The position numbers were made by a program, and so were the translations under genes. From an uncultured Desulfovibrio sp. (GTDB lineage: Bacteria; Desulfobacterota; Desulfovibrionia; Desulfovibrionales; Desulfovibrionaceae): a stretch of DNA of 64,000 bases. Positions 1-8,850 of the stretch are shown piece after piece. The stretch's first letter is position 1. Each line of letters starts with the position of its first letter. A model generated the notes under the pieces. That model was not told where the DNA came from and made no database searches. It saw nothing but the letters and a program-made list of their open reading frames with translations. The stretch is taken from contig CALBAX010000015.1 in assembly GCA_937926875.1 (NCBI GenBank), forward strand, positions 2,412 to 66,411, read 5' to 3'.

Positions 1-76
1 AGGTGCGCACGGGGACCTTCCCGGCGGCGGAACATACCTACAGTATGGATGAAAAAGAGCTGGAAAAACTGTACTG
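1..76 (+). CDS. 3' end of an unidentified upstream gene (partial, ...MDEKELEKLY stop)
   Basis: In-frame ORF running off the 5' edge of the window and ending with TGA at 74-76. It is followed by a terminator hairpin. Confidence 0.3.
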
Positions 77-149
77 AACCGCCGCAGGCTACCGGTGTCC
101 GTAAGGCCCCGCAGTGGCTGCCGGCTCATGAGAGGACTTTGGAATAACG

Positions 150-179
150 AAAAAGCCCCGGCATTGCCGGGGCTTTTTT
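150..179. terminator. Rho-independent terminator hairpin (AAAAAGCCCCGGC-att-GCCGGGGCTTTTTT), bidirectional
   Basis: Perfect 8-bp GC stem flanked by an A-run and a T-run. It lies between the partial upstream gene and the 3' end of the convergent ggt. Confidence 0.6.
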
Positions 180-318
180 ACATCTGTTTGCCTGTGGCCG
201 TCCTGACGGACAACGCATCCCGCACTGCCGCCGCATCCCCGTACGGGAGACTGCAGCGGCCGAATACGGCCGTCATACCGGCAGCCGCTCCACCGGAAAA
301 GAGGACTAACGCCCGGGT

Positions 319-2079
319 CTAATAGCCGCAGGCCAGGCCGTCGCCGCGCGGGTCCGTACCTCCCTGCAGGACGCCGGTCACAGAATCGATGCGGATGGCG
401 CCCGCATGGCCCATGGTATCGGTATAGTCCTCCACCCGGCGCACGGGGTGCCCGCGCCGGGCCAGCTCGTCGGCCACGGCAGCGGGGATGCGGCCTTCCA
501 GCTTGAGGTCGTTGCTGGACTTGCCCCAGGTACGGCCGTACAGCCAGCGGGGCGCGTCGATGGCTTCCTGCGGGGTCATGCCGTAATCCAGAACGCGGGT
601 GGCGATGGCGGCCTGCGTCTGGGGCTGGCCTTCGCCGCCCATGGTGCCGTAGACCAGGAAAGGCTTGCCGTCCCTGAGCAACATGGCCGGGTTCAGGGTG
701 TGGAAGGTACGCTTGCCGGGCTCAAGGCGGTTGACGTGCGCAGGGTCGAGGGAGAAGAAGCTGCCCCGGTTCTGGAGCAGCACGCCCGTGCCCTGGGGCA
801 CGATGCCGGAACCGAAGTCATGGTAGATGCTCTGGATCAGGGAGACGGCATTGCCCTGCCCGTCCACCACCCCCAGCCAGATGGTGTCGCCCTTGGGATC
901 CAGTGGTGCAAGATTTGTGGCGGCCCTGTCCATGCGGATGCGGGCGGCCTGCCGCCTGCCGTAGCCGGCCGAGAGCAGACGATCCAGCGGGATGTCCACG
1001 AAAGCCGGGTCGGAAAGGTAGGTATCGCGGTCGAGGAAGGCCTCCTTGGTGGCCTCGATGATAAGGTGGTAATAGTCCGCGCTGCCTTCCCGTATCTGCG
1101 ACAGGTCGAAGTTGTTGAGGATGTTCAGGATCTCCAGCGAGGCCATGCCCTGGGTGTTGGGCGGCAGGTTCCAGGCCCGGCAGTCGCGGTACGGCACGGA
1201 GATGGGTTCCACCCAGTCGGCCGTATGCCGGGCAAAGTCCCGTGCGGTGAGCAGGCCGCCGTTCTTTTCCAGATCCGCCGCCATGGCCGCGGCGATGGAG
1301 CCCTTGTAGAACTCGTCCGCGCCCTTGTCCGCCAGCAGGGCCAGCGTGGCCGCCAGCTCGGGCAGGCGCATGACCTCGCCCAGCCTGTAGGGCTTGCCTT
1401 CCCTGAGATAGGTGGCCGCAAAGCCCGGATAGCGTTGCAGATCGCGGAATTCCTGATCCGTGGGGTCGGTGTCCACCTCGCTCCAGTACGCCAGTGACGT
1501 GCTGACCGGGAAGCCCCGCTCCGCCAGCTCGCGCGCCGTGTCCAGCAGGGAGGCGAAGGAAAGCTGCGACCCCAGGGCCGACCGGCTGTACTTCCAGGCC
1601 TCGTCCCAGCCCGAGACCACGCCCGGTACGGTATTGGCGGCCAGATAGCCGCGCGCCGGCACCTTGCCCAGCCCCCGACTGCGGTAAAAGTCGATGGTGG
1701 CCTTTTCCCCGGCACGGCCGCTGGCATTGAGGCCCTTCATCTTGCCCGTGCGGGCATCATAGATGAGCCAGAAATTGTCGCCGCCCAGCGTGCACATCTG
1801 CGGATAGACCACGGCCAGGGTGGCGGCCGTGGCCACAGCCGCGTCGATGGCCGTGCCGCCGCGCCGCAGGATGTCCAGACCGGCCTGGCTGGCCAGATAG
1901 TGCGGCGACGTGACCATGCCGTTGCAGCTCATGGGGTTCTGTCTCTGGGAAGGTGTCATGGGCGAGCTCCCTTCCCTGCGTGCTGTCGTGGGGGCGGCGG
2001 CAGCGCTGCTCCGCGCGGCCGGGATGGCCGCCAGCGAGGCCGCGGCCAGTGCCGAATACAGGAACCTTCGTCTTTCCAT
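319..2079 (-). CDS. ggt: gamma-glutamyltransferase (Tat-exported)
   Basis: 586-aa ORF with twin-arginine motif ERRRFLYS at the N-terminus, GGDNFW and other GGT family motifs. ATG at 2079 is preceded by an AGGAGA RBS. Confidence 0.9.
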   Translation of the reverse strand: MERRRFLYSALAAASLAAIPAARSSAAAAPTTARREGSSPMTPSQRQNPMSCNGMVTSPHYLASQAGLDILRRGGTAIDAAVATAATLAVVYPQMCTLGGDNFWLIYDARTGKMKGLNASGRAGEKATIDFYRSRGLGKVPARGYLAANTVPGVVSGWDEAWKYSRSALGSQLSFASLLDTARELAERGFPVSTSLAYWSEVDTDPTDQEFRDLQRYPGFAATYLREGKPYRLGEVMRLPELAATLALLADKGADEFYKGSIAAAMAADLEKNGGLLTARDFARHTADWVEPISVPYRDCRAWNLPPNTQGMASLEILNILNNFDLSQIREGSADYYHLIIEATKEAFLDRDTYLSDPAFVDIPLDRLLSAGYGRRQAARIRMDRAATNLAPLDPKGDTIWLGVVDGQGNAVSLIQSIYHDFGSGIVPQGTGVLLQNRGSFFSLDPAHVNRLEPGKRTFHTLNPAMLLRDGKPFLVYGTMGGEGQPQTQAAIATRVLDYGMTPQEAIDAPRWLYGRTWGKSSNDLKLEGRIPAAVADELARRGHPVRRVEDYTDTMGHAGAIRIDSVTGVLQGGTDPRGDGLACGY

Positions 2080-2231
2080 CGTGCATCTCCTGCTCTGCCC
2101 GACGCCTTTGCCGGATGGCGGCGTCCGGGATGCCGGGTATGATGCAGAAGCTGTGCCGTAAAGATTTTTCCTGTTATCTCAAGCTATTGACAGAACAGAC
2201 AGCAGCAGGGGCCTGTTGTTTTTCGACCCGG

Positions 2232-2280
2232 ATGTGGAAAACAGCATTTTTCCACAGGCCCTGCCGCTGACGGCAGGGGC
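2232..2280. terminator. Tandem inverted repeats (TGTGGAAAA-cagca-TTTTTCCACA and GGCCCTGCCG-ctga-CGGCAGGGGC); possible terminator for the minus-strand helicase-peptidase operon or an operator upstream of ggt
   Basis: Two adjacent palindromes in the 408-bp intergenic region between the ggt start and the M20 peptidase stop. Confidence 0.3.
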
Positions 2281-2487
2281 TCCATCAAAAAATTATCCTG
2301 CGTATACAGGCAATTATAAAAAATATTCCCACATGTAGAAAAATCAGGGCAGCTGCGCACCGCACGGCGGCACACCCCTGTCCCGCGGGCCTGCGGCGCC
2401 TTTCCCGGCCACCGCGACGGCATCTTCCGAACCGTCACTTTCCCCAAAGCCCGCCAGAGCTTGCCCCTCGCATGGCCCGGCCACGCC

Positions 2488-3783
2488 CTAGCCGGCCAGC
2501 TCCCGGCAGACCTTTTCCAGCCAGCGCACGCCGGGCCAGAGCACGGCTTCGTCAAAATCGAAGCCCGGCTGATGGTGCCCGGCCGCCAGATCGGCCCCCA
2601 GGAAGGCATAGGCCGCCAGCCCGCCCTGTGCCTGCGCGGCCCGCATCAGGGTCGTGGCGTCATCGCTGGCGCCCATATCGCCCTGCTCACGGATCCGGGG
2701 CAGCGGGAAGCAGCCCCCGCCCCGGGCATCAGGCGGCAGTTCCCGGGCACAGCGGGCCAGCAGCCCTGCGAAGGCCGCATCGCTCGCCGCCGAGGGCGCA
2801 CCGCCCACCACGTCGAGCTGCCATTCCAGCCCGTGCATGACGGCCGCGCCCGCGATGACGTCCCGGGCACGCCGCAGCATGGCGTCGTTGACCTCGCTGG
2901 TGTTGCCGCGCGTCTCGCAGGCCATGAAGGCCGAGGCAGGCACGGTGTTGCGGCTGCTGCCGCCTTCCAGACGTCCCACGCAGATGCGGCTGGTGCCGTG
3001 GCCATGGCGCGGCAGGGCATGCAGGCCCAGCAGGGCCGACGCCGCGCCCTTGAGGGCATCCCGCCCCTGTTCGGGGGCAGCGCCCGCATGGGCCGCCCGG
3101 CCCGTGAAGCGGACATCGAATTTGCTGGTGGCCAGAAAGGCGCCCACGCCGGTGACCAGATCGCCGCTGTGCGGGGCTCCCAGGCCGATATGCACGGCCA
3201 GGAAATGCCGCGCCCCCGCCACATGGGAGACCATGGCCGCCGCGCCGCGCACGCCTTCCTCGGCAGGCTGGAACAGCAGGCGCACACGCTGCCGCAGGGG
3301 GGCCGCGCCCGGGGCCGTCAGCAGGGCCGCCAGCCCAAGGCCCAGGGCCATATGCCCGTCATGGGCACAGGCATGGCACAGGCCCTCATGCCGGGAGACG
3401 AAGCCCTCGCGTACGGGCCGGTGGGTGGCCTCCTGCGCTTCGGCCAGCGGCAGGGCGTCCATGTCGCAGCGCAGCACCAGCGCCAGCGGCGCGTCCGCCG
3501 GGCCCACATCGGCCACAAGGCCCGTGGTCCGGCCCATGCGCTCCAGCCAGTACGCTTCCAGCCCTTCCGCCAGCGCCCGCTGCCGGGCCCGGGCTTCGGC
3601 CTCGGGCGCGGGCAGGCCCATGCGTGCGGCAGGGTCGATGACCTCCTGCCCCACACGCGGGGCAAGGCCCATGTCCGCCAGCTGCCGGGCCACGAAGCCT
3701 GTGGTCCAGAATTCCGTCCAGCCTTCTTCCGGGTGCCGGTGCAGCTCCCGCCGCCATTGGATGATTTTTTCCGCCGTCTCCAT
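2488..3783 (-). CDS. M20 family amidohydrolase/peptidase (AbgA/hippurate hydrolase-like)
   Basis: Internal ATG (METAEKIIQWRRELHRHPE) at 3783 matches typical M20D N-termini. The upstream 53 codons of the track ORF overlap the helicase gene and are discarded. The helicase stop (TGA, 3786-3788) is 2 nt away, so this looks like an operon. Confidence 0.8.
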   Translation of the reverse strand: METAEKIIQWRRELHRHPEEGWTEFWTTGFVARQLADMGLAPRVGQEVIDPAARMGLPAPEAEARARQRALAEGLEAYWLERMGRTTGLVADVGPADAPLALVLRCDMDALPLAEAQEATHRPVREGFVSRHEGLCHACAHDGHMALGLGLAALLTAPGAAPLRQRVRLLFQPAEEGVRGAAAMVSHVAGARHFLAVHIGLGAPHSGDLVTGVGAFLATSKFDVRFTGRAAHAGAAPEQGRDALKGAASALLGLHALPRHGHGTSRICVGRLEGGSSRNTVPASAFMACETRGNTSEVNDAMLRRARDVIAGAAVMHGLEWQLDVVGGAPSAASDAAFAGLLARCARELPPDARGGGCFPLPRIREQGDMGASDDATTLMRAAQAQGGLAAYAFLGADLAAGHHQPGFDFDEAVLWPGVRWLEKVCRELAG

Positions 3784-3785
3784 CG

Positions 3786-6700
3786 TCACTGCCTGAAATC
3801 CACGGGCACGCGCACGCGCTGCCCGGCCTTGTTGGTGAAAAGCAACCAGCCGTGTTCCAGCCCGAACAGATAGAGCCGCCGCGTCAGGTCCACGTCCTTG
3901 CGGCAGTAGGCGGCGATGTCGTCCAGCCGCCCTTCCTGCCACCAGCGCAGGGCTTGCAGGCCGTCGGCGCTCTTGGGCTCGTCCAGGGTCGCCTGCCCCA
4001 GATTGTCCAGGGACACACGGTACTTGAGACTGTCCTGCACCCGGCGCAAGAGGTCAAGGCCCGGCAGGGCCCGCAGGTCGAAGGGCGCGAAGGCCGAGAG
4101 CACCGCGTAGTCGAAGCGGAAGGAATTGAAGCCCACCACCAGCCGCGCGGCCCGCATGCGGGCAAAAAGCTCCGGCAGGGCCTCCTGCGTATAGGTGAAG
4201 AACTCGTCGGCCCGGCTGTCATAGGCCACGGCGATGCTCACGCCCATGCGGTCGGCCCTGTTCCAGCCACCCACCTCGGCGGCGCTGCGCCGGGTCTCCA
4301 CGTCGAAGACCAGATAATGTCCCGGCGGCCTGCCCACCGCGCCCACACCGGGCTCAAGGCGGCCGGAGGCGTTGCCCGCACCACCGGCAGGGGCGGCAGG
4401 AGCCGTAGGCTCCACAGAGGCTGCCGATGCCGTGGCTCTGCCGGCCCCCTGCTCTTCCGGCAGGGAGGCCATGTGCGGGGAGGCGGCCTGCCCGTCAGCG
4501 TGTCCGGCCCCGCCGGCAGCGCCGGAGGCCGCCGCTTTCGGAACAGCGGCCGGACAGGAGGATCTTTTGTCCGCAGGCTTCCCGGCCGCGGGGAACGACC
4601 TGGCCTGCGGCCCGCCGGAATCGGCAGGAAGGCCGTCCCTGCGGCTCCCGTCGTTCCTGCCCTGCGCAGGGGCGCCCCCGGCGGACGCGGCCTCATCCCT
4701 GCCGGTGCCGCCATCCACCGTCAGGGGGCCCGGCCCGGCCTGTCCCGCAGGTACCGCCGGGGCCGTGGCGGGGGCCTGTCCGGCCCAGGCCGCCATGATG
4801 GCCGCCATGTCCGGCACGGGCGGCGGCACCGGGGCCGCGGGCTCGTCCACGGGCCGGGGCGGCAGCAGTTCCGGCGGCGGGCTGATGCGCAGGTCGGCGC
4901 ACAGGGCCTCGCCCTCGGCATCCCCGCCGGGCGCCAGCAGATCGCGGATCAGGCGCAGGGCCCCGGCCTTGCTGATGGGCCGGTTGCCCGAACCGCACTT
5001 GGGCGAATGCACGCAGGAGGGACAGCCGTCCTCGCAGGGGCAGGCCTCGATGACCGCCGCGCAGACCTCCAGCAGCTCGCGGGCATGGCCGAAGGCCTGA
5101 CGCGTCAGGCCCGCGCCCCCGGGCAGGCCGTCATAGATGAAGACGCAGGCCAGACCGGTCTGGGGATGGAGCGGGATGGAGATGCCGCCAAAGTCGTTGC
5201 GGTCGGCCATGACCAGCAGGGGCAGCATGCCGATGGCCGTATGCTCGCAGGCATGGATGGAGCCCATGAAGTGCACGAAATCCTCTTCCAGACGCTGGCG
5301 GCAGCTCTCGGGGATGACGTACCACAGGCCCTCGGTCTCGAAGACCTGCGGCGGCGCTTCCAGCGGCACGATGGTCAGCAGGCGGTTGTCGCGCGTGCTG
5401 CGCTTCTCGTAGCCGGTGATGGTGTCGATGATGCGCAGCCGCCCCCGGCAGACCACACCGCGCCCCAGGGGACGGCGCTCCAGCTCTTCGAGGATGTCCG
5501 TGCTCTTGTGGCCGCGCACCCGCGTGAACCAGTCCGTTTTGGCCTGACGGGCCCGTACCCGGCCCGCTGCCGGATCCATCTCCTCGATGACATAGCTGCG
5601 CCCCCGGTGCAGGTAGACCGCGCCCGCATGGGTCTCGCGCCAGGCCCGGAAACCGTCCACGGAACCGATGACCGTGCCTTCGCTGTCCTCGATGACGAAG
5701 CTCTGGCCCGTCCCGCGCAAGTCCACCAGCCGCTGCGGCCGCTTGCGGGCGGCCAGCCACTGGCTGCCGTCGGCAGAGAGCAGCAGGCGCCCCTGGCCCG
5801 CCAGGGCGCGCAGGGCCTCCTGCGCCGGGGCCGGGGCCAGCCAGGGGTCGCGGGCGGACAGGGGCAGCTCGGCGGCCGCGCATTCCAGATGCCGGGCAAG
5901 GATGACCTCGTTCCAGGGATTGACCACGGCCTTTTCCGCCGGGCGGCTGAAAAAGTCCTCAGGGTGGCTCATGAAATACTGGTCCAGCGCGTCCTCGCCC
6001 GCCACCAGCACCACGGCCGATTCCTGCTGTGCCCGGCCCACGCGCCCGCCCCGTTGCAGGGTGGACATGATGGTGCCCGGATAGCCCACCAGAATGCAGA
6101 CATCCAGCCCGCCGATGTCGATGCCCAGCTCCAGGGCGCTGGTGCTGACCACGGCCAGCAGTTCGCCCGAAGCCATGCGGGCTTCGATCTGGCGGCGTTC
6201 CTCGGGCAAGAAGCCCGCGCGATAGGCGGAGATGCGGCCCGCCCACGGCCCGGAAAGGCTCCCGGCCCACAGGCTGACCAGCTCGGTCATGCGGCGGGAA
6301 CGGCAGTAGACGATGGTGCGCAGCTTGCGCGCCAGCGCGGCCCGCAACAGGTCGATGGCCGCCGTGGCCGGGCTCTGGTCGGGATCGAGGAAGACGTAAT
6401 GCCGTGCGCCCTGCGGCGCGCCGGACTGGTCCACCACCACGGGCGGCTGGCGCCCGGGCAGCAGGTCGAGGCCGGAGAGCGAGGCGGCCAGCTCGCCGGG
6501 ATTGCCCACCGTGGCCGTGCAGAACACATAGGACGGCGTGGCGCCGTAATGGGCGGCCAGCCGGTTGAGGCGGCGGAACACGCCCGCCATGTGCGCGCCG
6601 AACACGCCGCGGTAGGTATGGGCCTCGTCCACCACGATATGGGAGAGCCCGGCCAGGAAGGGGGCCCACTGCTCATGGTGCGGCAGCAGGGCCAGATGCA

Positions 6701-7193
6701 GCATCTCGGGATTGCTGATGAGCACCGTGGGCGGGTCACGGCGGATCTTGCGCCGGAAATGGTCACTGGTGTCGCCGTCGTAGAGGGCGGCCGTGGGCCG
6801 GGCCTCCCCGGGCCAGCCGGAGACCAGGCGTTGCAGCCCGGCCAGCTGGTCCTGGGCCAGGGCCTTGAGCGGGAAAAGATAGAGGGCGCGGGCCTCGCTG
6901 TCGCGCAGATGGCGTTCCAGCACCGGCAGGTTGTAGATCAGGCTCTTGCCGCTGGCCGTGGGCGTGGCCACCACCACGGAATGCCCGGCGCGGATGTGAT
7001 CCGTGGCCAGGGCCTGATGGCTGTAAAGGCCGCTCAGGCCGCGTTCCTCCAGCGTGCGCCGGATGGCCGCGGGCCAGGGCAGGCGGCTTTCCGCATACAC
7101 GGCCGCACGCGCGGGCTCGCAGCGGTGATGCCGTACCTGCGGCCCCAGCTTGTCCGAGGCCAGCAGGGCCCGGACATATTCAGCGACGCCCAT
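3786..7193 (-). CDS. DEXH-box helicase with DUF1998 (MrfA/YprA-like) fused through a long low-complexity linker to a DnaQ-like 3'-5' exonuclease (MrfB-like)
   Basis: Walker A TPTASGKS and VVDEAHTY box; helicase C region; four-Cys CPCEDGCPSCVHSPKCGSGNRP (DUF1998 zinc finger). About 200 aa Pro/Ala/Gly-rich linker, then exonuclease motifs FDVET (Exo I), GFNSFRFDYAVL (Exo II) and YCRKDVDLT (Exo III). ATG at 7193. Confidence 0.8.
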   Translation of the reverse strand: MGVAEYVRALLASDKLGPQVRHHRCEPARAAVYAESRLPWPAAIRRTLEERGLSGLYSHQALATDHIRAGHSVVVATPTASGKSLIYNLPVLERHLRDSEARALYLFPLKALAQDQLAGLQRLVSGWPGEARPTAALYDGDTSDHFRRKIRRDPPTVLISNPEMLHLALLPHHEQWAPFLAGLSHIVVDEAHTYRGVFGAHMAGVFRRLNRLAAHYGATPSYVFCTATVGNPGELAASLSGLDLLPGRQPPVVVDQSGAPQGARHYVFLDPDQSPATAAIDLLRAALARKLRTIVYCRSRRMTELVSLWAGSLSGPWAGRISAYRAGFLPEERRQIEARMASGELLAVVSTSALELGIDIGGLDVCILVGYPGTIMSTLQRGGRVGRAQQESAVVLVAGEDALDQYFMSHPEDFFSRPAEKAVVNPWNEVILARHLECAAAELPLSARDPWLAPAPAQEALRALAGQGRLLLSADGSQWLAARKRPQRLVDLRGTGQSFVIEDSEGTVIGSVDGFRAWRETHAGAVYLHRGRSYVIEEMDPAAGRVRARQAKTDWFTRVRGHKSTDILEELERRPLGRGVVCRGRLRIIDTITGYEKRSTRDNRLLTIVPLEAPPQVFETEGLWYVIPESCRQRLEEDFVHFMGSIHACEHTAIGMLPLLVMADRNDFGGISIPLHPQTGLACVFIYDGLPGGAGLTRQAFGHARELLEVCAAVIEACPCEDGCPSCVHSPKCGSGNRPISKAGALRLIRDLLAPGGDAEGEALCADLRISPPPELLPPRPVDEPAAPVPPPVPDMAAIMAAWAGQAPATAPAVPAGQAGPGPLTVDGGTGRDEAASAGGAPAQGRNDGSRRDGLPADSGGPQARSFPAAGKPADKRSSCPAAVPKAAASGAAGGAGHADGQAASPHMASLPEEQGAGRATASAASVEPTAPAAPAGGAGNASGRLEPGVGAVGRPPGHYLVFDVETRRSAAEVGGWNRADRMGVSIAVAYDSRADEFFTYTQEALPELFARMRAARLVVGFNSFRFDYAVLSAFAPFDLRALPGLDLLRRVQDSLKYRVSLDNLGQATLDEPKSADGLQALRWWQEGRLDDIAAYCRKDVDLTRRLYLFGLEHGWLLFTNKAGQRVRVPVDFRQ

Positions 7194-7489
7194 GACGGGC
7201 CTCCCTTGCGATCATGCCCCCGGACGCTACGCCGCCTGCCGTCAAACAAGGCCGGGCATGGCGTGATGCTCTCCCGAAAGACACGAAGCCCCCCGCAGGC
7301 AGTCCGGACTCGTCTCCGGCAGGCCGTGCCCGGAACCGTTGTCCGGTCAGGGGGCAAAGATGCTCCCGGCCCGCGCGCCGGGACCTCTGCTGTCCGCAGC
7401 CTGCCTGTACTGCTCCGGGGCAGCAGCCATGGGGCCGCGCCTTTTGGGGCAGCCTCCCGGCCTTACGCGACCGCAGCGGCACCCGGCCG

Positions 7490-7528
7490 GGAAGGAAAGC
7501 AAAGACAGGGAGGGACACTGCCCCTCCC
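7490..7528 (-). terminator. Candidate terminator hairpin (GGGAGGG-acactg-CCCTCCC) downstream of the TtuA-like gene
   Basis: 7-bp GC stem followed on the minus strand by a U-rich tract (UGUCUUUGCUUUCC). Confidence 0.35.
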
Positions 7529-7556
7529 CGCCATGATCTCTTGGGGGCAGCCAAGG

Positions 7557-8519
7557 CTACTTGCTGTCCTTGAGGGCTTCACGGATGCGGCACACGCCGC
7601 ACATGTCGCCGGACGAGGTGGGATAGCCGCAGCTGGTGCAGGGCGCCAGTTCCACGCCCTCTTCCGCCTCGCGGCGGGCGAACACCGGCCGGGCACGGGC
7701 CAGGAAGCCCTGGTAGAAGTCCAGCTTGCGGCCGGGCATGGCCGCTTCCAGACGCTGCAACAGGGCCTTGAGCGTGCTGAAGCTGGCGCCGGGGCTGTAG
7801 GGACAGGGGGCGTAGTGATGCTCGATGCCCATGAGGAAGGCGTAATTGGCGGTCTCGAATTCCGACAGGCGCCACAGGGGCTTGACCTTGCGGGCAAAGC
7901 CGTCCTCGCCGTCCAGGCGCGGGCCCTGGTCCGAAAGATAGGCCGTGTCCCAGCGCAGGGTATTGCTGAACAGGCGCGCCACCTCGTCGTCCAGGTTGTG
8001 GCCCGTGGCCAGGGCATCGAAACCTTCGTCCAGGGCCACCTTGTTGAAGAAATGCCGTTTGATCTTGCCGCAGGCCGAGCAGACGGGACGGTTGAGGCGC
8101 TCCTTGACCAGCGGGATGGCCAGGCCCTCGGCGGCCAGTTCCTTGACCATGAGCTTCAGGCCGTGCCTGGCGCAAAAGCGTTCCACCACGCCGCGGGCCA
8201 CGGGCGAGGATCCCGGGATGCCCAGGTCGATGTGCAGGCCGGTGACGTCATAGCCCTGCCGGGAAAGCTCCAGCATCAGGGCCAGCGAATCCTTGCCGCC
8301 CGACAGGGCCACCAGGATGCGTTCGTCACGGGTGAAGAGCTTTTGGCCTTCGATGCCCTTTTCCACCTGACGGGCAAAGAATTTGAGGTAACAGTCGGGG
8401 CAGAAGGCGGCGTTGTGGCTGCGCAGGGCCACCACGGCCGTCGCCTTGCAGATCTTGCATTTCAATGGCGTCTTCCTTGGAAAGAGTGGATGCCCCGGCG
8501 TGCTCCGGCGGCATGTCAT
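7557..8519 (-). CDS. PP-loop ATPase, tRNA thiolation protein TtuA/Ncs6-like (TIGR00269-type) with N- and C-terminal CxxC zinc ribbons
   Basis: SGGKDS PP-loop; CKICK...CPDC near the N-terminus and CTSCG...CGVC at the C-terminus. Start taken at the internal ATG (MTCRRS...) at 8519. The upstream 60 codons of the track ORF run through a repeat element. Confidence 0.65.
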   Translation of the reverse strand: MTCRRSTPGHPLFPRKTPLKCKICKATAVVALRSHNAAFCPDCYLKFFARQVEKGIEGQKLFTRDERILVALSGGKDSLALMLELSRQGYDVTGLHIDLGIPGSSPVARGVVERFCARHGLKLMVKELAAEGLAIPLVKERLNRPVCSACGKIKRHFFNKVALDEGFDALATGHNLDDEVARLFSNTLRWDTAYLSDQGPRLDGEDGFARKVKPLWRLSEFETANYAFLMGIEHHYAPCPYSPGASFSTLKALLQRLEAAMPGRKLDFYQGFLARARPVFARREAEEGVELAPCTSCGYPTSSGDMCGVCRIREALKDSK

Positions 8520-8611
8520 GGCAAAAACAGGAAAAAAGCCCGCACGGGGCCTTTCCTGTATAAAAAACATCCTGGCCGCCGTCCAGACGACGGCCAGCGG
8601 GAGCAATATAT

Positions 8612-8685
8612 GGGGGAGGGAACCCCTTTTGCTTGCGGCAAAAAGGGGTTCCCTCCCCCATCCCCCCTCCTTCCCCAAAACCCGC
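8612..8685. repeat. GC-rich palindromic intergenic element, copy A (short form)
   Basis: Perfect 19-bp inverted repeat GGGGGAGGGAACCCCTTTT / AAAAGGGGTTCCCTCCCCC (8612-8630 and 8641-8659), 10-nt loop, then tail ATCCCCCCTCCTTCCCCAAAACCCGC. Confidence 0.7.
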
Positions 8686-8850
8686 ACATACAAATTCAAT
8701 AAAACCGGAATGTTCCGTGAAGGGCTGAATATTTCCCTGTATGGAGCTCTTCATCATGGGCATCTGCCATGGGCTCTCCCGGATAACGTGCGCTGGGGAA
8801 GAGGAGTTTGAGGGAAGGGGGCCCCTTCCCTCTACAAATATTTTATGACG

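Noticed and set aside
3786-7193. Interpreting the helicase-exonuclease fusion as a defined anti-phage defence system (DISARM- or Hna-like)
   Set aside because: No methyltransferase, DrmB/DrmC or other defence partners are nearby. The neighbours are ggt and an M20 peptidase. The domain set matches the MrfA/MrfB DNA-repair pair, so it is kept only as an open possibility in the finding.
3852-8702. 1616-aa plus-strand ORF, plus similar very long ORFs (12321-14639 minus, 15793-17577 minus, 21665-24994 minus, 24991-27717 minus, 31615-34095 minus, 34964-39118 minus, 54068-56050 plus, 56645-58561 minus)
   Set aside because: Each lies antisense to, or out of frame with, a well-supported conserved gene (helicase, pyrD/GNAT, ABC-F, atpA/atpG/atpD, lepA, ydiJ-like, purB, rnhA and the membrane-protein gene). 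The translations are Ala/Gly/Arg/Pro-rich low-complexity sequence typical of stop-codon-poor frames in 65% GC DNA.
8811-8833. Perfect palindrome GAGGGAAGGGGGCCCCTTCCCTC just downstream of the class IV aminotransferase stop
   Set aside because: It may be a minimal hairpin-only relative of the repeat family or a terminator. It lacks the tail motif and a U-run on the relevant strand, so it is left unassigned.
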